Part shown: piece after piece, positions 41,001 to 53,127 of the stretch
Numbering within the stretch: position 1 is the first letter of the stretch
Layout of the letters: each line of letters opens with the position of its first letter
DNA from: Cenococcum geophilum
Lineage: Eukaryota
Assembly: GCA_050273025.1 (NCBI GenBank)
Contig: CP158635.1
Span: 17,608,001 to 17,672,000 of the forward strand
Reading direction: 5' to 3'
DNA: 64,000 bases
The notes under the pieces: model-generated
The model's input: only the letters and a program-made list of their open reading frames with translations
Databases searched by the model: none
What the model was told of the DNA's origin: nothing
Position numbers and translations under genes: made by a program

Positions 41001-43237
41001 TCGTTAAATAGAGGTATATAAGAGTGTAGATTATACCAATATAGATTAGCTACGCTAAGTGTAAAGAATAGAGACCCGCTCTTAATATTTTCAGTATAAG
41101 CCGTAAGCTTATTTCTCTTCTACTTCTAGTAGGGCCTAGTGCCTTTAAGCTTCTATATATACCGTACAATCTTATTTAGAACTTAGTCACCCCCACTACC
41201 GTTTATAAGATTACTAAGCTTATTTAAAGATAGGCTATTCTTATCTAATCGGCTATAAAGGAAGCGGGTGGCATTAAGGGCTTACTCCCTTATAATCCGA
41301 TTAAACACATAATAGCGAAATAAGGGGTGGCGGCCGAACTAACCGTCCTAATACTTAAGCATATGCTTGGCGTACGCAGCCAGGGTAACTATACGGCTTC
41401 GTAGCATATTAAAGTCGGCTTTGCTATAAGGAAATAGAGTAGGAAAGGCGCCGCGCATAATAAAGCTAGCTAATTATTTAGAGAGAGGTATCTGTCGCAT
41501 AGTAGGAACCTCTAGGCCCGCTTATAGATCTTGCTAATATTAAACCTTGCGACCTAAAAGCTCTAATTTATTAAGGTTAGGCACTAGATCAGGAACTAAA
41601 GTATCTAGTACGTCATTATTAAATTCGCCGTCTAGTATATTACTGCCAAGCTTGGCAGGCAGAGGATTAGTAGGAGAACATTATATAGAAGTAGTAAGGT
41701 AAGCCGTCGGGCTACTAGAATCTAACTTTAACTTATTAATATAAGGTAGCTAATCTAATATAGAGCCATTTTCGGGTAAGCTGGTAAGCCAGGTGCTCTA
41801 TATTTCAACGTCGCGATAATCAGGATAATTAGCCTTTAGAAAGTAAAGCCATAGTACTATAGCAGAGCGCTTTACGGTATACCGCTTAGTAAACCGCCGA
41901 CTTAGATATTAGCCACCCTCTACTACTATAGGCCTTACGACTAGTATATCAAGTTTGGTAGGTAGCTGTGGTAGCTACCTCTAAGTCTTTAGTATGTTCT
42001 GGCCAAAGCAGCAGACGTGGCTAGTATAGCGATATTGCTGGCCGTGTATACGCACGACTTATAGATAAACGTATACGCGCGCAATTAGAAGCTCCTCCAC
42101 CGCGGTAAGTATAGATAGGAAGCCAGGAATAGGCCCTAGATCGAGCCCATTGCTTTCACCAAATAGGGGAGGAAGGGTTAAATCCTTAAGGCCATTGGCA
42201 TCCTTAATGCAGGCTTTATATATACCTATATTGTTACCCTCCATAGCTAGGCCTATTTAGAACCACCGCTCCTTACAACAACTACATATCTCCATACATT
42301 CAGCCTATAGTATGCTCCTAAACTTCTTGATTTACTCCCAATCAATAGCTAAAATAGGTAGGGGTATAGCCGTAGTCGGAGTAGGGGTAGGTATTAGCGG
42401 TAGAGTAGGCATAGGAGCTAGTTCTAGTAAGGACGTATTTAGGCTATTTAGAGCACCTCTTCTACTATACAGAGCTTCATCTATAGTATACAGCGGAGAA
42501 GTAGGCGAGTGAGTTTCACCCCGCCAATCAAGAATGCGGTGCTCCCGTTATATTATCCTAATTGTCTTCCGCCGTTAAGCTATTTTAGGGGTATCTTAAC
42601 TATTCTGGCCACGGGGTAAAAAGATATCTTCAGTATCGGTTTCAGGTAAAGTATTTCGCTGGCGCTTTATAGGACAAATTTCAGTGGAACCAAGCTCTGC
42701 TTTCCGCCTATTTAAATTATATTTAGAGCCCTAGGAAAGTAAGTAAAAGTAGAAGCAATATACAGGGAAAACGTGCCTTTAACCGACACGATTAATATTG
42801 CTTTAAAAGCTTAGTAGATGGGCCGTTTTTAATAAAATTAATACGGGGTTATATTAAACAGCACTTGCTATACTTAATTAAAGCAGGTTCTACTATAATT
42901 AAGACGCGTATAGTAGTATTAATAGAGATGTTAATAAAAAGGTCGGTTTCTTAATAGTGGAATCTTAAATATTTTAATGTTCATCACGTATATTCTACAG
43001 GTAGATACCGCCCGCGGTTTTTTTTTAGACTAATTAAAAGCAGGCTTGGCAAAGTTTAAAAATTGGAACACTAAAAGTATAGACTACTTGTACCTCGGGT
43101 CAATAAAGCGTATTGTTCTGCGTAATAGACGCAAGAATCTATAATCTTAGAAAGGCTTAGGACCAGTTCTGACCTTTAAATCCTTAGATTTGTAGAAGAG
43201 TTCTATTTAAGGCTTAGGACTAGTTCTAACCTTAAAA
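35096..43237 (-). mobile_element. Helitron2-like (non-canonical) rolling-circle element with RIP'd RepHel gene (~42700-37950); boundaries approximate
   Basis: Minus-strand remnants VEELLIARV (DUF6570-like region, ~42070-42100), LFFTLS.A.L.W (~41040-41070), HUH motif RYEWQ.RGSGH.HG (~40805-40850), YIGKYCSK (~40325-40345), PIF1 Walker A G.AGTGKS (~39310-39335), GDFHQLPPV (~38940-38966), Y.AISR (~38130-38145). Terminal motif ggcttaggacyagttctrrcctt at 35284, 43154 and 43211. Confidence 0.8.
36222..36701. repeat. Diverged tandem direct repeat of ~220 bp (36222-36443 and 36481-36701) in the Helitron2 3' region
   Basis: Both copies share atcccttagtgg.gact.gggaggggtattagagc...ctagctcttataaggaagaagaaa...ggagggagtatttatagacgggaggaggcc. 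Confidence 0.9.
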
Positions 43238-43688
43238 GACAGCTTTCTCTAGCACGAGTAGCACTAGTATAGTAGCTTATCTCTTCTTAGTGGAATACCT
43301 AGCTGTTCTATAGTATAGCAGTAAAGTTAACCACTAATTAGTGTTGGTTATACAAGGTAATATCACGTAGCTATGGTTCGTAGATAGTATAATAATTATT
43401 ATTTTGTCTTAATATAAAAAGCAAAGGATTGTAAGGGTCGCAGTGCCTAAGTAGGGGACTGATAAGTTACTATAAGGGTGACTAATTAGAGACAATATAA
43501 CCTCTATCCATACATTCCGACACTATCCCTATCTTACCTATTTCGCTTATAAGCTAAGACCGCCCCTTTAGAAAAAATTCTTAGGGGTAAAGGGGGTAAA
43601 AAGGCAAATAAATCCACCTTTAGCTTGTTAGGCAGTAGGAATTAAGTCTTAAAAATTAGAAAATCGGTTGTTTTTAATAGGGAGATAG

Positions 43689-43974
43689 TGTTACGAAGTA
43701 AGTATAAGCGACGATAATATATAGCAAAGTAGATATTATTAAGCTATGTATATAAACTATATAATAAGATTAAGACGTTACGTAAAGAAAGAAGGTAAAA
43801 AAACAAGAAGAAAGGGTATATATTGTTAACTTAGTTACTTAGTTAATACGTATATGGAGTAGAATAGGATTTAGTAAAACTCGGCGGAATATAGCAGATT
43901 ACTATTAAATTACTATAGGTCGCGGCAAATTGCGGTCTAGTAGTTAGTGGAAATAGGTAGGCGTGTATAAGGTA
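43689..43974 (+). mobile_element. LTR copy (family of 53128-53449), interrupted at 43974 by a Helitron
   Basis: Collinear with 53128 onwards up to gcgtgtataaggta, then diverges abruptly. Confidence 0.85.
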
Positions 43975-46840
<2,866 letters not shown>

Positions 46841-46879
46841 GTCGTAGTATAAGCTAGATATAGAAGGACAGAAACATAA

Positions 46880-47103
46880 AATGTAGTCGGTTAGGAGGTA
46901 TAGGTAGGAGAAGGTATCCTTAAGGGTATTCGCTCATTGAGATCGGCTTGTTGTTCGCTTGGGTGTAAACGTCCTACTTGCACCTCCTTCGCAAAGTGGA
47001 TCGTAGCTTTGACCGCGCTAATGTCTGGGAAACGCCACCTCGACAACCCTGTGGCCATAGCGGCTCGGCCGTCCTCCCTGCTAGCGCGATCAAGGTGTTC
47101 GTC
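46880..47103 (-). repeat. LINE ORF2 3'-end relic; 46993-47103 is the left arm of an inverted repeat
   Basis: Minus strand reads PDISAVKATIHFAKEVQVGRLHPSEQQADLNER, matching the end of LINE ORF2 at 11401-11550 (PDISVVKATIKF.KET.RL..S...EADIN.R) including the following ctaaccga.taca. Confidence 0.8.
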
Positions 47104-47447
47104 CGCTTCTCAAAATATGAGCATAATCAGTCTAGTCACTTGCAATTCGCCTGATGCATCCCAGCCCTTACCTCGCCACACTTGGGGCTATGCAATCAGC
47201 CGCACCCTACCCCAACCTGAGAGCGTTCCAACTTCCTCCTCACACAACCAGAGATATAGTAAGGCATAGCAGTAATCCTGCACTATCGCTTTCAGATACA
47301 ATTATATGGTATAGCTTAGCGTCCTATCCTCCTGTAGGACCTTCTTCGGACGAGCGATTTGTCCTGCATGGCTCTTAGGCTACCGCGTTTGAACAGGACT
47401 GGGATCTAATCCCTGCCGCTTGACCCCGTCCAGATCCATGCGAAGCC

Positions 47448-50400
47448 ATGCGTCTTTTGCGATACAGCAAAGACATCGGCGATCTCAGTCTTACTCAGTT
47501 TGGCGACGATGCCACTCCTCCCTATGCGATACTTTCTCATACGTGGGGAGCAGATACCGAGGAGCTCACCTTTGAAGACCTGACAAATGCCACTGGTACG
47601 AATAAGCCGGGCTACGAGAAGATCCGATTCTGTGGCGAACAGGCGGGACAAGATGGCTTGCAATACTTTTGGATAGACACTTGCTGTATCGACAAGACAA
47701 ACAAGGCTGAACTCTCCCAGGCTATAAAGTCTATGTTACGCTGGTATCGCAAGGCTACTCGTTGCTATGCCTATTTATCGGATGTTCCTAGCCTTTCCTC
47801 TAACACCAATAATGAAGTAAATCCAAGGCAATGGGAATTGGATTTCCGGAAAAGCAAATGGTTCACCCGGGGTTGGACGCTCCAAGAGCTCCTTGCCCCG
47901 TGTTTAGTCGAATTCTTCTCCCAGGAACGTAAGCGACTTAGTAATAAATGTTCTCTAATGTAGCAAATCTATAAGATAACAGGAATTCCCAAGTTAGCGC
48001 TTCAAGGAGCTCCTTTATCGCAGTTTAGTGTTAACGAGAGATTATTGTGGATAGAACACCGCCAGATTAAGCTCGAAGAAGATAAAGCGTACTCGCTGCT
48101 GGGCATTTTTAACGTCTACATACCGCCTATCTATGGCGAAGGGACAGCGAGGGCGTTCAAACGGCTCATAGACGAGATCGAAAAGCTGGAGAAATATATG
48201 CAAGACTTACGCCTTACCGACCCACGTGATAACAAGAAGCGTATTAAGGAAATCAAGGGTGGACTACTGGAAAACTCGTATCGCTAGATCCTCAAAAACT
48301 CCAACTTCCAATAATGGCGTAACAACCAGCAGAGCCAACTGCTATAGATTAAGGGCGATCCCGGCAAAGGCAAGACGATGCTGCTCTGCGGTATCATTAA
48401 TAAGTTGAACAAGTCCATGGCTAAGACGGATTATCTATCCTACTTCTTCTACCAGGCCACTGACTCGCGCATTAACAACGCCATAGCTGCGCTGAGAGGC
48501 CTGGTATACTTACTTGTCAATCAGCAGCTGTTGCTCGTCTTATATATACGGAAGAAGCACGATCATGCAGGCAAAGCGCTCTTTGAGGATGCGAATGCCT
48601 GGGTTGTATTATCCGAGATCCTTACAAACATCATAGGACCCGAGCTTAAGCAGCACGTATCTAATTATTGACGCGCTCAACAAATGCGTAGCCAACCTGC
48701 CGAAACTGCTAGACTTCATCGTCCAGAAGTCGTTAGGATCTCCTTGTATCAAGTGGATCGTCTCTAGCCGCAACTGGCCCGACATCGAGGAACAGCTAGA
48801 TAGGGTGGGACATAAGGTGAGGCTGTGCCTCGAGCTGAACGCAGAGTTCATTTCCGCAGCCGTCAGCATCTATATCTAGCATAAGGTGCTCCAGCTAGCG
48901 CAACGGAAGAGATACGATAAGAAGACACGAGACGCTGTGCTGGACCATCTATCCGCGAATGCGAATAATATCTTCCTCTGGGTAGCTTTGGTCTGCCAGC
49001 ACCTTGAGAAAGTCTTACAATAGAACGCACCTACTAAGCTAAAGGCGTTTCCGCCTGGGCTCGACTCTCTTTATGAGAGGATAATGCAGCAGATACGCAG
49101 CTCGGACGATGCTAATGTCTGCAAGCGGATACTGGCCTTGATCGCGATTGTCTACCGACCCGTTACGCTGATGGAGCTGACATCTCTCGTTAAGGTGCTT
49201 GAAGATATGGCCGATAACCTAGAATCGTTATAAGAGATTATCGGCCTTTATGGCTCGTTTCTAGCTCTTTAAGAAGGTACCGTCTATTTTATACATTAGT
49301 CCGCGAAGGATTTTCTACTCACGCAGGCATTCAACGATGTATTTTCGTCTGGGAGAGAAGAAGTCCATCATGGGATTTTCTTGAGATTACTCTAGGTTAT
49401 GTGCAGCATGCTACGACGAAATATGCACAGTCTGCATGCCCTAGGATATCTTATCGAGCGGGTCGAACTGCCTACCCCAGATCCATTAGCGGCGGCACGG
49501 TATTCGTGTATCTACTGGGTTGATCACCTCTGCGACTGGAACCCCAGCTCTTCTGGAGACTACTTGGCCGACCTGCAGGACGGGGGCGGCATTAATACGT
49601 TTCTGAGAAGGAAATACCTCTATTGGCTGGAGGCTCTTAGCCTTTGCAAGAGCATGTTGGAGGGAGTAGTCTCCATGGCGAAACTTGAGGCTTTAACCTA
49701 TGTAATACCTCGGCGCGATTTGCTCTCTATACTACATGCTAATATAACGTAGGAGAGAGCACGCATATTGACTTTATTTGAGCTAGTTCGGGATGCGCGT
49801 CGATTTATCATGTATTATAAGGGGGCGATAGAGAACGCTCCCCTTTAGGTATATGTATCAGCACTTGTGTTCAGTCCCACTCACAGCCTAATCCGTAACC
49901 ATTTTAAAGAAGCCCCTAGCTGGGTTATAATAAAACCGCCTATGAGAGACAAATGGGGTGCCTGCTTGCAGATGCTCGAGGGCCATAGCGACTCCGTAAC
50001 CTCCGTGGCCTTCTCTACCGACTCGGCACAGCTGGCGTCGGCGTTATTTGACAAGACGGTTAAGATCTGGGACGCTTATAGCGGCAAGTGCCTACAGACA
50101 CTCGAGGGCCATAGCGACTCCGTTAGGTCCATAGCCTTCTCCGCCGACTCGACCCGGCTGGCGTCAGCGTCATACGATATAACAATTAAGATCTGGGAAG
50201 CGCACAGCGGGAAGTTCCTGCAGACGATTAAGGGCCATATGGATTGGGTTAATTCTGTAGCCTTCTCCGCCAACTCGACACGGCTGGCGTCGGCGTCATT
50301 CGACGGGACGGTTAAGATCTGGGATGCGCACAGCAGCGAGTGCCTGAAGACGCTTAAGGGCCATAGCAGCTCCGTCCACTCCGTAGCCTTCTCCGCCGAC

Positions 50401-51747
50401 TCAACACGGCTAGCGTCGGCGTCATACGACACAACAATCAAGATCTGGGAAGCACACAGCGGCAAGTGCCTGCAGACGCTCAAGGGCCATAGCGGCTACG
50501 TCAATTCCGTAGCCTTCTCCGCCAACTCGACCTGGCTGGCGTCGGCGTCCGAGGACAGCACCGTCAAGATCTGGGATGCGCACAGCAGCGAGTGCCTGAA
50601 GACGCTTAAGGGCCATGGGAGCTCCGTCCACTCCGTAGCCTTCTCTGCCGACTCGACCCAGCTGGCGTCGGCTTCATACAACAGCACGGTCAAGATCTGG
50701 GACGCGCACAGCGGTGAGTGCCTGCAGACGCTCGAGGGCCATAGCGGCTACGTCAGCTCGGTGGCCTTCTCTACCGACTCGACCCGGCTGGCGTCCGCGT
50801 CCGAGGACAGCACGGTCAAGATCTGGGACGCTCACTGGGACGCTCAGAGCAGGAAGTGCCTGCAGACGCTCGAGGGCCATAGCGACTCCGTTAGGTCCGT
50901 GGCCTTCTCCGCCGATTCGACCCGGCTGGCGTCGGCGTCATACGACACAACAATCAAGATCTGGGAAGCACACAGCGGCAAGTGCCTGCGGACGCTTAAG
51001 GGCCATCGGGATTGGGTCAATTCTGTAGCCTTCTCCGCCAACTTGAAACGGCTGGCGTTGGCGTCGGCGTCGGGCGACGGCACAGTCAAGATCTGGGACG
51101 CGCACAGCGGCGAGTGCCTACAGACGGTCAGGGGCCATAGCGACTCTGTCAACTCGGTGGCTTTCTCCGCCGACTCGACACGGCTAGCGTCGGCGTCGAG
51201 TGACAGGATGGTCAAGATCTGGGACGCTCACTGGGACGCTCAGAGCGGGAAGTGCCTGCAGACGCTCAAGGGTCATAGCAGCTCCGTCAGGTCCGTGGCC
51301 TTCTCCGCCGACTCGACCCGGCTGGCGTCCGCGTCCGAGGACAGCACCGTCAAGATCTGGGACGCGCACAGCGGGGAGTGCCTCCAGACGCTCAAAACTA
51401 GTCAACCACTTCATGACATATCATTCGATGCTACTGGCTCTTATCTTTACACTGAAATTGGTGCTATTGTTATTAGCGCAACATCCCTTTCAAATACTAT
51501 AACGGCTGTTACAGAACCCCAACATGCTCATTATCACTACGCGGCGCTGGGTTCGGATAAGGCATGGATAACATATAATTCGGAGAACCTACTGTGGTTG
51601 CCCTCAGAATATCGTCCATCATGCTCAGCAGTATCAGGGAACACAATTGGCATCGGTGTCGGATCTGGAAAGGTGTGGATGTGTAACATTCAGCTTGACG
51701 AATCTCAAGGATTTAGGAGTACTAGTAGAGAGGGAAGTATTGGTTGA
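47448..51747 (+). pseudogene. HET-NACHT-WD40 (HNWD, HET-E-like) NLR inactivated by RIP-type stops and a frameshift; HET ORF (47448-47963) and WD40 ORF (to 51747) remain open
   Basis: HET motifs YAILSHTWG, YFWIDTCCIDK, WFTRGWTLQELLAP. Walker A GDPGKGKT (48354-48377), WIVSSRN, FLWVALVC. TAG/TAA stops at W/Q codons (e.g. 47961, 48285, 48344) and a frameshift at ~48635. Intron ~49702-49752. 11 WD40 repeats, then LLWLPSEYRP. Confidence 0.92.
49966..51396 (+). repeat. 11 highly similar 126-bp WD40-coding repeats
   Basis: LQTLEGHSxxVxSVAFSADSTRLASASxDxTVKIWDAHSGxC units. Confidence 0.95.
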
Positions 51748-51913
51748 TGTTACAACTTACTGTATATTTTAATTATTCTCAACTTCATAGAGGGGTCCTA
51801 GGATGGGTGGGAATTTATAATCAAATAATTTGCCACATCTAATCTTCGAGAAGTTTATTACTTAGTGACAAGGTAGCTTACCTATGAGGATTTGCCACGC
51901 TATGGTCAAGAGA

Positions 51914-52102
51914 GACGAACACCTCGATCGCGCTAGCAGGGAGGACGGCCGAGCCGCTATGGCCACAGGGTTGTCGAAGTGGCGTGTTAGCGCTCTGTAA
52001 CGGCCCATACCCTAGATAGTGCATGGCCATAATAGAATATACATACATACGTTAAAGTGGCGTTTCCCAGACATTAGCGCGGTCAAAGCTACGATCCACT
52101 TT
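51914..52102 (+). repeat. Right arm of the inverted repeat (pairs with 46993-47103), interrupted by a 65-bp LINE-tail insertion
   Basis: After removing 51986-52063, it is the reverse complement of 46993-47103 with 2 transitions in 111 bp. Confidence 0.95.
51986..52050 (+). mobile_element. 65-bp 5'-truncated copy of the 3' end of the LINE at 6161-11886
   Basis: Matches 11810-11874 with one transition and ends in (ATAC)n. 13-bp TSD gtcgaagtggcgt (51973-51985) versus gttaaagtggcgt (52051-52063). Confidence 0.93.
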
Positions 52103-53127
52103 ATATGTAAAGGTGGCAAGCTTATTAAGTTTGCTTTAAGCAAGTCTCTAACTTTAATCTAATATATAAAAAGTTTTTTATTTTTACGCAAGTAATAAAG
52201 AGATATTCTTAATATAGAACTAACTAAATAGTAATAAAACATTACCTAGCTATAACGCATAAAAGAATGAGCTAAGGAAATCCTAATTAATGCCTTAATT
52301 CTTAATGAATGCCAAAAGAACGTAATTGCGAAAATCTTTCCTTTTAAGAAATTTCTTATGCCTTGTGCTTCTTGGGAGCCCTATTTATAGTATAATTCTT
52401 CTTTCTCTTATATAACCTTCCCCCTAATAGCTCTTCTAATAGGTCCTCTAATGCCTCTTTTAGTTAATCTCCTTGCTTATATAGTTTGCCCCTCTTAGCT
52501 ATCTCTATTATAATATCTTTAAGCGGTTTATATATCTTAGTATAACGGCGGAGGTAATAGGGATTCTTAATATAGTATAATAAAAGTTTCTTTTGCGGTA
52601 TAGCCACTGCTAAAACCTAGGTAGGATACTAGTATATTACTGCAATAGGACTATATAAAGATATAATTCCTCTATAACTGGGGTTTTAGAGATATGTTAT
52701 ATCCTTTATTATATAATAAGTAGGTAACCAGGATATAAGATACTTTACTTATCTGCTTAAGATCTTAGTATCGGAAATTATTAATACTTTAGATGGATAT
52801 ATAGGGGCTAAACCATTCTCTGTTTAATTATTAGTATTGCTAAATAATATAGGTGTCTTATAAATATACCTCTAGGTACTAGCGAAATACGTTTAAAACC
52901 TATAACTGTATTTATCTACTAGGATGAGCCTTTAACGCAGTTCTCTTTTAGTTAAAGTAAGTCTATCTTAGCCTCACCATGGTCCTCTATTAGCTTAGGT
53001 AAGTCTATCTTAGTTTTACTATAGCCTTTTAAACCCCTAAGGTAACTAAGGTATATTTTTTATACACTTACCTAAACTATATCCTCTTATATATCGTCCT
53101 TTATATTATTATCCTTTTTATAAAAAC

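Larger units (their letters stand above)
32128..43522 (-). mobile_element. Copia-type LTR element, gag-only deletion derivative with 181-bp LTRs (left copy 32128-33349 interrupted twice; right copy 43342-43522), hosting nested elements
   Basis: Direct repeats t(g/a)ttggttataca...cattccgaca with 5-bp TSD CTATC (32123-32127, 43523-43527). Degenerate gag-like motif LWEYFREDF.GWT on the minus strand at ~34630-34680. The LTR-adjacent motif ctagcarytcttt is shared with the RNase H-bearing Copia end at 63272. Confidence 0.88.

Noticed and set aside
49966..51396. Regularly spaced repeats as a CRISPR-like array (also the ANK array)
   Set aside because: Contiguous in-frame protein repeats with no unique spacers, in eukaryotic DNA.
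50076..51502. Antisense and alternative-frame ORFs over the WD40 repeats
   Set aside because: Shadows of the repeated coding unit.
52106..53127. RIP'd segment starting TGTAA, possibly an LTR or coding relic
   Set aside because: No motif or second copy could be recognised; left unclassified.
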